Made by a program: the position numbers and the translations under genes. Of a DNA stretch of 64,000 nucleotides, positions 46,737-54,902 are shown in pieces. Source of the DNA: a virus (taxonomy: Duplodnaviria > Caudoviricetes); the IMG/VR virus record IMGVR_UViG_3300027917_000018, positions 64,001-128,000 of that record; one strand, written 5' to 3'. The notes beneath the pieces are model-generated. The model worked only from the letters and a program-made list of their open reading frames with translations. It had not been told where the DNA came from and did no database searches. Positions within the stretch are counted from its first letter, which is position 1. Every line of letters begins with the position of its first letter.

Positions 46737-47321
46737 ATGAAGCTTTCTCCAGAACTGGCTGACAGCCTGCCCAAAGCCGAGACCCCGGCCAGGCTGGTGG
46801 GCTCGCCTCGGCAAATCGGATGGGCTGAAACCATCCGGCAGCAGATGCTCGACAAGGTTTCCAGGGCCACCGCCGGGCTTGGCGAGGGATGGGCCGGGCA
46901 GGTCGAGGTCTACAGCGTCTTGCTTGCCGCCGACGACGCCTCTTGGTTCATCGCCAACAAGGACAAGGAATTTTGGGAAATGAACTGGGACTGGCTCGGG
47001 CTGACGCCGGAACAGCGGCAGGAGCGGAAGCAGGCGCACTATCGAGCGAGTGGCAGGCCCAGCGGGCGCACCAAAGGCATTCAGGAAGACACTGAAGATA
47101 CCCCGGCACCCCAGGCCAAAAGGCGCGAGCAGGCACAAGCTTACCTGGTTTCTTTCCGTCAGTCCATTAACGGCAAAGTCAAAATCGCAAATGCGCTGAC
47201 CACACGGAATCCGGTCGACTGGCTGACCGGCGTGCTGGAGCGCGGGGACGATGTGGCGCTTGTAAACGCGTGGGCCATCTCGCCGGAGCAGTACACCGCC
47301 CTTGCCCGGAAGCTTCCGTAA
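46737..47321 (+). CDS. Hypothetical protein
   Basis: LVGSPRQIGWAETIR motif common in phage early proteins. Confidence 0.65.
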   Translation: MKLSPELADSLPKAETPARLVGSPRQIGWAETIRQQMLDKVSRATAGLGEGWAGQVEVYSVLLAADDASWFIANKDKEFWEMNWDWLGLTPEQRQERKQAHYRASGRPSGRTKGIQEDTEDTPAPQAKRREQAQAYLVSFRQSINGKVKIANALTTRNPVDWLTGVLERGDDVALVNAWAISPEQYTALARKLP

Positions 47322-47326
47322 CGCGT

Positions 47327-47893
47327 ATGAGTATTTGGGACCGAGACTTTTCCATCAGGCTGACGAGCAGCCGGGTCATTGGCAAAACCCGCAAGCTCAA
47401 GACCCGCTGGAGGGTTGAGGAGGGGCAAGACCTTCAAGCTTTCCATTCTGCCGACGCCGAGGACGCGTTGGCCGTTGAACTGGGATACGAACCGCCACCC
47501 GGAGTAAGCACCATGAGACAAATCCACATCAACAAGACCGAACTGCTCGCGATCGTGCGGAAGAACCGCGCCGAGCACCGCGACATCTTCCTGAAGTCGC
47601 AGAAGAAGTACCGCCAGGTCGCCATCAAGGCCCTGGACGCCCAGCTCAAGGCGGCCCGTAACGGCAGACCGTTCCAGCTTGCCAGCCTGATCCAGCTCGA
47701 AGCGCCCGAGGACCACACCGAGGAATACGACCGAGCGATCAAGATGCTGGAGATGAGCACCGACGAGACCATCCTGATCACCAACGACGAATTCAAGTGC
47801 TACGTCGAGGACAAGTGGCACTGGAGCCGCGAGTGGGCGGTCAGCAACATGCGCTACACCAAATCCGCCAAGCTGTCCGCCTTGGCAAGATGA
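47327..47893 (+). CDS. Hypothetical protein (alternative start 47513)
   Basis: INKTELLAIVRKNRAEH helical domain. Confidence 0.6.
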   Translation: MSIWDRDFSIRLTSSRVIGKTRKLKTRWRVEEGQDLQAFHSADAEDALAVELGYEPPPGVSTMRQIHINKTELLAIVRKNRAEHRDIFLKSQKKYRQVAIKALDAQLKAARNGRPFQLASLIQLEAPEDHTEEYDRAIKMLEMSTDETILITNDEFKCYVEDKWHWSREWAVSNMRYTKSAKLSALAR

Positions 47894-47894
47894 C

Positions 47895-48296
47895 GTGGAG
47901 GCCCCGTATCCAGCCCACATGCCGTACGCGCCGGAGCCGGTGGAGAGCGCCCGCAAGCGCATGCCCGCCGCGCTCCACGACGTTTACGATCCGCTAGAGG
48001 TTGAGGCTGGCAAGCAAACCAGGCCAGGGCTGCTGCGCAAGCATGTCTTTGACTTTGAGGACGGGATGCGCATGATCGTTTCCCGAGAGACAATGGACGG
48101 CAAGCTCTGGATTCATGCCAGCTTCAGTTGGTTTGCGCCACCGCCGGTTCTGGAGATTGCGGAATCAAGGATCGAGGAACGGCTGCGACAGGCGGTTGGC
48201 TACACCGGCTTCATGCAGTTGGTGATGCGGTTTGCCACGCCCAAGGGAATTCTGCATCTCCTCATGGACCCGGACCGGGTCGACTCGTCACCGTGA
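47895..48296 (+). CDS. Hypothetical protein
   Basis: GTG start; HVFDFEDGMRMIVSRE. Confidence 0.55.
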   Translation: MEAPYPAHMPYAPEPVESARKRMPAALHDVYDPLEVEAGKQTRPGLLRKHVFDFEDGMRMIVSRETMDGKLWIHASFSWFAPPPVLEIAESRIEERLRQAVGYTGFMQLVMRFATPKGILHLLMDPDRVDSSP

Positions 48297-49189
48297 AAAA
48301 CAAGCCCGAAAAAACCCACGTTTGTCCGCACTGCGCGGAAAAGTTTGAATACCCAGCTTGGTTGAAAAGGCACATCAAGAGGCATCATGCGACCGCCCAA
48401 ACGGACCGCTTCCAAATCCTTGGCGCACTGGCGCAGAAAGGTCCCGAGTCGTCCGTGGAGGACATGCTTGGCCAGGCCCACGCGGCGCTGAACCGGCGGC
48501 TGGTAAATCTCGCCGAGGAGCGGGCAAGCCTTAACAAGCAAGCCGACCAGCTCAACGAGAAAGCCGACAGGGTTGTCCGCCGGATCAGGGAAGTTGAGGA
48601 GGAGATACGGCGGCTGGAGGCGGAGCGCCAAAAGGCTGAGGCGGCTCTCAACGCGATTCCCAGCCTCCCGGACTTGCCGCAGCCTCAGCTTCCGGCTCAA
48701 AGCCCGCTTGCCGCTGAGAGCGAAATGCAGGAGGTCCCAGTAGAAAGGCGACGGCGCAGGCTTAACGAAAAGCTGGGCAAGGTCGTGGTTCAACAGGGCG
48801 TAAGAGTCTCCGTGAACGACAATCCAAGGTTTTTGCGCTTTCGCCGCATGCTGGAGCTGATGTTTAGAGGCGACCCGGCCTGGAACAGGCAGATGATCAA
48901 CTCGGCTTACAAGGCGTACGTCATCACGAGCCTGAAGCTGTATCCGGCAAACGACCCTGTGCGCGTCAAGTGCGGCAAGGGCAGTAAACTCAGCAATACC
49001 AAGGTCGACATCGATTGGCTGGCTTCGCAGCTGGCCAACCGGTGCCCGAAGTACGGCCAGAAGCCTGATGAGGTTGCCAAAGCAATCGCCGATGCCGAGC
49101 GCGACGCAGCGGCGTTGAACAGGGCATGGCGTGACCGATGCCTCGAACAGCGCGACAAGCTCAGGGGTCACGCCGATGAAGACGCATGA
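48293..49189 (+). CDS. C2H2 zinc-finger plus coiled-coil protein
   Basis: CPHCAEKFEYPAWLKRHIKRH = C-x2-C-x3-F-x5-L-x2-H-x3-H; GTG start overlapping upstream stop. Confidence 0.75.
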   Translation: MKNKPEKTHVCPHCAEKFEYPAWLKRHIKRHHATAQTDRFQILGALAQKGPESSVEDMLGQAHAALNRRLVNLAEERASLNKQADQLNEKADRVVRRIREVEEEIRRLEAERQKAEAALNAIPSLPDLPQPQLPAQSPLAAESEMQEVPVERRRRRLNEKLGKVVVQQGVRVSVNDNPRFLRFRRMLELMFRGDPAWNRQMINSAYKAYVITSLKLYPANDPVRVKCGKGSKLSNTKVDIDWLASQLANRCPKYGQKPDEVAKAIADAERDAAALNRAWRDRCLEQRDKLRGHADEDA

Positions 49190-49559
49190 GGAGAAGGTCC
49201 GCACCGCCGAGGCCAGCCTGATTAGGTTGAGCCGGACCCGCCGTATTGGCTTTGTGATCTTCGGTTTTGGCGTGCCCATGCAGTTTCTTCAGGTGGCGGC
49301 GTGGGCGCTCTCCTTGAGCCTGGGGTTCGACTGGCTGGAGGTCATTCCGCTGGTGATCAACACGGTCATCCTGTTTTGGTGGGCGCTTCTAGCACGCAAC
49401 AACTACCTGGAGTGGAAAGAGGTTGAGGCGATCCGTAAGCTTTGGGCGCAGTTGAAGCAGCCCCTGCCGCACGGCTACTTGCTCCATGTTCAGGACCAGA
49501 TCGAGGCGTTTTGCGAGCGCGTGGCCAAACGGCCATCTCTGTGGACGGGCCGTTGTTAG
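49176..49559 (+). CDS. Membrane protein with two predicted TM helices
   Basis: IGFVIFGFGVPMQFLQVAAWALSL and VIPLVINTVILFWWALLA. Confidence 0.65.
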   Translation: MKTHEEKVRTAEASLIRLSRTRRIGFVIFGFGVPMQFLQVAAWALSLSLGFDWLEVIPLVINTVILFWWALLARNNYLEWKEVEAIRKLWAQLKQPLPHGYLLHVQDQIEAFCERVAKRPSLWTGRC

Positions 49560-49566
49560 TTAAAGC

Positions 49567-50001
49567 ATGGTAGCATCGAAGATCGATTCGACGTTTTGGA
49601 TCGGCACCAGCCAGGCTCCCGGCTATTTGGTCGATGGCGGCAAAATCAAGGGTGTCATGAACTGCGCGTTCGACCTGGACATCCAGGTGCCTGACGGCGT
49701 GCTCTACGCGAAGGTGCCCTTGGTCGATGGCCCCGGCAATGCGCTCCACGCGCTCATCGGCGCGGCCCTTTGCCTGCGGCAAATCGTGGAGCTGGGCAAA
49801 GTGCCGGTGCTGGTCCATTGTCACAGCGGGTCTTCTCGTAGCGTGGTGGTTTTAGCAACGTACCTGGCATGGCAAAAGAAATGGACAGTGCAAAAGGCCC
49901 TGGCCCTGATTCAGAGCCAGCGCGAGATTGCCGCCCCGAAGCCGGAGCTGGTGGAGCTGGCCAGCCGCAGTGTCGACCTGCTGAGCGTCCTGCTCTGGTA
50001 A
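49567..50001 (+). CDS. Dual-specificity protein phosphatase
   Basis: VLVHCHSGSSRS (HCx5R) and PLVD general-acid loop; TTAGTTA variant motif upstream. Confidence 0.88.
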   Translation: MVASKIDSTFWIGTSQAPGYLVDGGKIKGVMNCAFDLDIQVPDGVLYAKVPLVDGPGNALHALIGAALCLRQIVELGKVPVLVHCHSGSSRSVVVLATYLAWQKKWTVQKALALIQSQREIAAPKPELVELASRSVDLLSVLLW

Positions 50002-50311
50002 TCAAGGACCATGCCTGTCGAGCGCTTGCCGAGCCGCTGACTGTGTGGGTGCCGCTCCGGCTTCCTCAAGGTCCGATCGGAACAGCTCTTTCCGCGCAGT
50101 TGATCGGGCTTGCCGAACAAGGCATACCCATTTCCACTGGCGGGCGCATCGCGCATCCGCTGTTCCAGTGTGACTTCGACTTAGAGCATAGGCGCGTGCT
50201 CGTGCCGAAATTACGGATCGGCGAAATAGTTAACGTTTCTGTGCGGTGGGGCATTGGTCGTGACGGCGAGCCCGAGGTTCTCGGCATGGACCTTTGCCGT
50301 TCTTCAAAGTC

Positions 50312-50773
50312 ATGAGAGCCACCGTGAGCATCAGCACTGCCGCTGAGGCCATCGACGAAATCAAGAGCTACAAGCGCATTCGTCGTTCCAACGACCCAAG
50401 CAAGAAGTTCCGAGACTGGCACTTCTCACTTGGGCACGGACTGCCTTCGATGGACATTGATTTTGTCGAGTACCGCCCGAACAGGGAAGGCGAGCTTATC
50501 CCGGTGGCGATGTACGAGCTGACCTGCTCTGAAGTGGTGCCGATACCGCCGCGCTACCTCGACCAGGTTTGGACCCGGCTATTTCACGACAAGCCCCAGG
50601 CGCGGGTGATGCGCTACATTGCCAGGATCATCAATGTGCCCGCGTTGATCGTGCTTCACACCGAGGACTTGACCGACATTTGGGTCTACAACGTGCTGAA
50701 GATGGGCCGCTGGTACCACACGACCCTGGAAGATTTAGGTGAGTGGATTGACGGCCTGAGAGTACGCGAATGA
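50312..50773 (+). CDS. PD-(D/E)xK-like hypothetical nuclease-fold protein
   Basis: MDIDFVEY...VAMYELT; GTTCT 8 nt before ATG 50312. Confidence 0.5.
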   Translation: MRATVSISTAAEAIDEIKSYKRIRRSNDPSKKFRDWHFSLGHGLPSMDIDFVEYRPNREGELIPVAMYELTCSEVVPIPPRYLDQVWTRLFHDKPQARVMRYIARIINVPALIVLHTEDLTDIWVYNVLKMGRWYHTTLEDLGEWIDGLRVRE

Positions 50774-51549
50774 TCGAACATGTGGTCCAGTACAGTGGTG
50801 GGGCCTGCTCGTTTTGGGCGGCCAAACGGGTGATTGACCGTTACGGATCGGACACGGTGGTCCTGCTCTTCGCCGACACGAAGATGGAGGACGAGGACCT
50901 CTACCGGTTCCTGGACGAGACCAGCCAGTTCCTGCGCGTGCCCATCACCAAAATCGAGGACGGGCGGACCCCGTGGCAGGTGTTCTTCGACGAGCGTTTC
51001 CTGGGCAATACCCGCGTCGATCCGTGCTCCAAGATTCTCAAGCGGGAGCTGCTTTGGAAGTGGATGACTGAGCACGCCCCGAAGGCCACGGTCCACGTGG
51101 GTCTGGATTGGACCGAGGACCATCGCCTGGAGCGCCTGCGCACTTATCGGCCTGAATTCAAGATTGAAGCACCGATGATGTGGGACCCGCTGGTGGACAA
51201 GCCAGACATGCTCATCGAGCTGAAGAAGCTTGGGTTCGAGCTGCCTCGGCTCTACAAGCTCGGGTTCGCCCACAATAACTGCGGCGGCTTTTGCATCAAG
51301 TCAGGCCAGGCGCAGTTTCGTTTACTGCTCACCGAAATGCCCGAGCGCTACGCGTTCCACGAGGAACAGGAGCGCAAGCTGCGGGCCTTCCTGGACAAGG
51401 ACGTGGCCGTGCTGCGGGACCGGCGCGGTGGAAAAACCAGGCCGATGACGCTTGAAGAATTTCGTAAACGCCTTCAAGCTGACGGTGATGAGCCCTCTGA
51501 CTGGTATGCAAGGGACGAATTTGGAGGTTGTGGTTGCGCCATAGACTGA
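50770..51549 (+). CDS. PAPS-reductase-like PP-loop protein with Cys clusters
   Basis: QYSGGACS PP-loop, LFADT, RVDPC, HNNCGGFC, C-terminal GGCGC. Confidence 0.8.
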   Translation: MIEHVVQYSGGACSFWAAKRVIDRYGSDTVVLLFADTKMEDEDLYRFLDETSQFLRVPITKIEDGRTPWQVFFDERFLGNTRVDPCSKILKRELLWKWMTEHAPKATVHVGLDWTEDHRLERLRTYRPEFKIEAPMMWDPLVDKPDMLIELKKLGFELPRLYKLGFAHNNCGGFCIKSGQAQFRLLLTEMPERYAFHEEQERKLRAFLDKDVAVLRDRRGGKTRPMTLEEFRKRLQADGDEPSDWYARDEFGGCGCAID

Positions 51550-51767
51550 TGAGACTTGCACGAGGCATCCAGTTCACCGTTGGCCAATCTTTGGCGGAGA
51601 CAGTGGAGCCGAGGTCAGGCGGATGGTGGGTGTGCATCGTAGAGGATCATGCGTACGACGTGCGCATTCACGAATTCGCCATCGCTGAGGCGCTTGCCAG
51701 GGAGGCGTCACGATCAAGAGACCATGAAGAAGGAATCAAATCCACCGCCGGTACTGCCGCGCCCTAA
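51549..51767 (+). CDS. Small hypothetical protein
   Basis: TGATG coupling. Confidence 0.4.
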   Translation: MRLARGIQFTVGQSLAETVEPRSGGWWVCIVEDHAYDVRIHEFAIAEALAREASRSRDHEEGIKSTAGTAAP

Positions 51768-52113
51768 TCCGCCGCCCGCGCCGCCCGCTTCGGACGGATA
51801 CCGCAAGCTGGGCAGCCTCTTCGTCCCGGAATCGGTGACGGAGACGCAACCGATCGTCAACTGGTTCGCGACCGAGATGGAGCGCCAACTGGCCGCCGCC
51901 AAGCACAAGGACAGTCCGGCCCACTGGCGGTCGACCGACGTTTTCAGTCTCAAGAAGCGGCTTTGGGACTGTCGAGCCAACCTTAATGCCGCCACCAACG
52001 AAAACCCAACCCAGGTCCTCCAGGAGGCCGCCGCGATGGCCAACGTGCTGTTGATGATCGCGGACTGGTACGAGAGCCGACTGGTGATCCTGGACATCGA
52101 CGGAACAGAATAG
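51724..52113 (+). CDS. MazG-like (all-alpha NTP pyrophosphohydrolase) protein, degenerate
   Basis: FATEMERQL...HK...W...VLQEAAAMANVLLMIAD pattern. Confidence 0.5.
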   Translation: MKKESNPPPVLPRPNPPPAPPASDGYRKLGSLFVPESVTETQPIVNWFATEMERQLAAAKHKDSPAHWRSTDVFSLKKRLWDCRANLNAATNENPTQVLQEAAAMANVLLMIADWYESRLVILDIDGTE

Positions 52114-52133
52114 CCTAACCTAGAGGATTACCT

Positions 52134-52766
52134 ATGTGGCACCAATGCTTGGACGATTTGGAAGACCCTTGTTTGGTCATCACAGACGCCGGGAGCTTGC
52201 AGTACCTGATGAACCGTTTCGTTGAACACCTGTGCGCCGATTTGGAAGACCGCGACTTTAAGCCAAAAAAGGCGTGGCTGGCTTTACGCAAGAAAGTCTT
52301 TGACGTGCCAGAAGACGAAGACCTGCCTTATGACAGTGACGTGAGTCAGGATGACTTGGACAAAATCTTCCAACTTTGGCTCTCGGACTGTTCAGCACAA
52401 CACGTTGAAGATGAAACTTACAGCGTGGCTGCCAAATTAAGATATGGGCTCGCTGCGGGAGCTGTGTGGTTCACCGCTTTAGAATGCTACAAGTTTTGGG
52501 AGGGCGTGGCTTGGTCTGAGAACAGTCCGGCTGAATTCTATGACGTTGACGATGGAGATGATGAACATGCCAGAGAGGTCGCGCTGTGGGGTGCGCTGCT
52601 GAATATATGCCAGCCGTCAGATGCAGAAGACGGTGAGATGGACGCGGAGGACGCGGGCCTCGAAGAGGAAGCGGCTGAAAGCCTGCAAAATCAACGGAAT
52701 CTTTTTGAGAAGTTCGGAATAGAGATTAAGTGCCGCAAGCTTAGCCGTGGTGACACAGATGAGTAG
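52134..52766 (+). CDS. Highly acidic protein, low-GC gene
   Basis: About 51 D/E versus 19 K/R in 210 aa (hand count); about 47-50% GC in sampled lines. Confidence 0.65.
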   Translation: MWHQCLDDLEDPCLVITDAGSLQYLMNRFVEHLCADLEDRDFKPKKAWLALRKKVFDVPEDEDLPYDSDVSQDDLDKIFQLWLSDCSAQHVEDETYSVAAKLRYGLAAGAVWFTALECYKFWEGVAWSENSPAEFYDVDDGDDEHAREVALWGALLNICQPSDAEDGEMDAEDAGLEEEAAESLQNQRNLFEKFGIEIKCRKLSRGDTDE

Positions 52767-53055
52767 CCCGCCCGGACCTGATGCCGGTGCGCCCCGCCGT
52801 TTTCATCAGGCGGCGGGGACGGCCACTTTCAAACCGAGGCGCAGGAGCATGATTCGGGTCCTGCGCGAGAAATGGCCGCAGCTGACCTGGACGGCGCACC
52901 GGGTCGGTTTCGGATCGTGGCTCTACGAAGCCTCCAACGGCTGGATGGGCTGGTGGACCGCGTCGATGGATGAGGACGCCGATCCGTTGTGGCACCGCTT
53001 CTACGTTTACAAGTCCTCGACCAACGAACCGCCCGAGCAAGTTTTCCTATCGTGA
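52759..53055 (+). CDS. Trp-rich hypothetical protein
   Basis: ATG 52759 overlapping upstream gene end. Confidence 0.5.
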   Translation: MSSPPGPDAGAPRRFHQAAGTATFKPRRRSMIRVLREKWPQLTWTAHRVGFGSWLYEASNGWMGWWTASMDEDADPLWHRFYVYKSSTNEPPEQVFLS

Positions 53056-53067
53056 TATAGTTTGGTC

Positions 53068-53298
53068 ATGAACTACGCGAGCGCCTACGAGCTGGTGATG
53101 GCCGGGTTTGTCCGGCACCACCGGAGGAAACCAACACAAATGGAGGCCAGGATGCTGATGAAGTGCCTCAAGTCGCGCCAGTTTCACCAGCACCTGGAGC
53201 AGGTCACCGCAGCCCATCCTGGCGCTGAATACGTCGTGACTTTCGACGGTGAATTCCTTTCCATCACGCCCACGGACGAGCAGGCTTTCTCCGCATGA
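53068..53298 (+). CDS. Small hypothetical protein
   Basis: Coupled run of small ORFs. Confidence 0.5.
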   Translation: MNYASAYELVMAGFVRHHRRKPTQMEARMLMKCLKSRQFHQHLEQVTAAHPGAEYVVTFDGEFLSITPTDEQAFSA

Positions 53299-53513
53299 GC
53301 CAGGTATTCTGGAAATCCTCGATGGGTGAGTGGCACTGTTACGGATCGGACGGTTGGAGCCTGTGCGGCTTCTTTCAGCTCAAAGCGCAGCGCAAAGGGC
53401 CGCAGAAGGAGCCAAAGTTCCAGGAAGCCTTTGACCGCATTGAAGCCTGCCAGCGCTGCTGGAACGAATACCAGCGAATAAAGGCTTCCACCAATGGCGG
53501 ATCACGTTCTTGA
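53295..53513 (+). CDS. Small Zn-binding protein
   Basis: WHC...SLCG...CQRC. Confidence 0.55.
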   Translation: MSQVFWKSSMGEWHCYGSDGWSLCGFFQLKAQRKGPQKEPKFQEAFDRIEACQRCWNEYQRIKASTNGGSRS

Positions 53514-53718
53514 TCGCATGAACGATCGAGAACGCCTGGAGTTTTTGAAGGCGCTGGACAAGGCGGATTTTGAGGTTTCCGATTGGGAAGCCCAGTTTAT
53601 CGAGAGCCAGCTGCGGCGCGAGCAGGAGTACGGCGATTTTGAAGAGATTTCGTTTACGCCGAAGCAGCGCCAGTGTATTGATGACCTGGTTTCCAAGTAC
53701 GACCAGCGACTGAAATAA
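53494..53718 (+). CDS. Small hypothetical protein
   Basis: SDWEAQFIES...FTPKQ. Confidence 0.55.
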   Translation: MADHVLDRMNDRERLEFLKALDKADFEVSDWEAQFIESQLRREQEYGDFEEISFTPKQRQCIDDLVSKYDQRLK

Positions 53719-53722
53719 GCTT

Positions 53723-54145
53723 ATGAGCACCTGGTTTGAAGTCTATCACGAAAAGCTGCCGCTGAAGGTCACCGTGCCCACCGAAGAGGATGCGAGGAAG
53801 CTTGCGGAATCCTTCGATGGGCTGGCAGCCAACGGTGTGTGGAGGTACCGACGCGTCGGCGTAAACGATTGCCCGAGGCCGCCACAGGCACCAGAGCCAA
53901 CGCACCCAACCGTCGAGGAGCTGCTTCAGCTCATGCTCCAGCACGGCCAGGACGTGGCGGTATTGTTTGTATGGAACAGCAAGACAGGCCCCACCGTTTT
54001 GACAGCAGGGCACCAGGAGCAGGACTCACTCGCGGCCATCGAGGCTGGCCAGAAGCTTCGTGTGGCCTTGGGCTTGGGCGACGATATGACGGAAATCGAA
54101 AACCGAACCGACGAACACGGACCATGTGGGACGCCGTCAAACTGA
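53723..54145 (+). CDS. Hypothetical protein
   Basis: 140-aa ORF. Confidence 0.55.
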   Translation: MSTWFEVYHEKLPLKVTVPTEEDARKLAESFDGLAANGVWRYRRVGVNDCPRPPQAPEPTHPTVEELLQLMLQHGQDVAVLFVWNSKTGPTVLTAGHQEQDSLAAIEAGQKLRVALGLGDDMTEIENRTDEHGPCGTPSN

Positions 54146-54336
54146 CTGGCTTTTGGATAGTCGCGGCGATCCTGGCCGTTCCAGCGATCGTTGGTGCGGT
54201 TGTTGCCGTCGTTCTGGCCGTGGTTGCGCTGGGAATTGCGGCCATCGGCATCATTCCGGTGCTCATCTGGCTTATCCTGGCTGATGCCCGCTACTGGAAA
54301 AATCTCGCTACCCGAGGGGTTGAGCACCGCAATTAA
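54124..54336 (+). CDS. Very hydrophobic small membrane protein
   Basis: About 45 consecutive apolar residues. Confidence 0.6.
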   Translation: MWDAVKLTGFWIVAAILAVPAIVGAVVAVVLAVVALGIAAIGIIPVLIWLILADARYWKNLATRGVEHRN

Positions 54337-54526
54337 GCGGCGGGCACTAGAGGTCTTGACCACAGCCTGTCACTGGTGCGGTGCTCCGGGTGCCACGCGT
54401 CAGCCCTGCCGGACGGCCTACGCGGATGACCGGCTCAATGAGGTCCATGCGCTATGCCCTGAGTGCGCGGAGGAATACCACGCCTACTGGGACGCAATGT
54501 GGGCCGAATATCACGCATCGCGATGA
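54320..54526 (+). CDS. Small Zn-binding protein
   Basis: TTG start; CHWC ... CPEC. Confidence 0.5.
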   Translation: MSTAIKRRALEVLTTACHWCGAPGATRQPCRTAYADDRLNEVHALCPECAEEYHAYWDAMWAEYHASR

Positions 54527-54753
54527 ACGAAGAAGAAAAAGCCAAGCTGTGGAAGCTGGTGGCCCGGTGGCATAAGGACGCCGACCAGTACGCCAAGCAG
54601 GTGGAGGAGGCGCGAGCTGCTGGAACACCGTACGAGCAAATGCTGGCGGCCAAGACCTTTCTGCGCCAGTGCGGCAAGGATTTGGAAGCAGTCGTTCATG
54701 AAATCACGGCCCCGAAAGAACAGCCGAAGCCCGAAAAGTCAGCTGAAGGCTAA
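54523..54753 (+). CDS. Small helical protein
   Basis: ATGA coupling. Confidence 0.55.
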   Translation: MNEEEKAKLWKLVARWHKDADQYAKQVEEARAAGTPYEQMLAAKTFLRQCGKDLEAVVHEITAPKEQPKPEKSAEG

Positions 54754-54902
54754 GCTGGCGAGACTGGCACTTGAGTACGCTCACTGCATTGCCCGCAAGA
54801 ACTACTGGGCGCAGCGGGCGGAAAACGTCGCCATCCGCAAGACGCTCCTGAGTAATCCCACGATGACCCTCCAGGAGCTTCGCCCGCGTAGTTAAAGGCA
54901 AG

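Noticed and set aside
49869-50315. Possible gene between the phosphatase and the nuclease-fold ORF
   Set aside because: No clear start after 50001 and no recognisable motif, so left unannotated.
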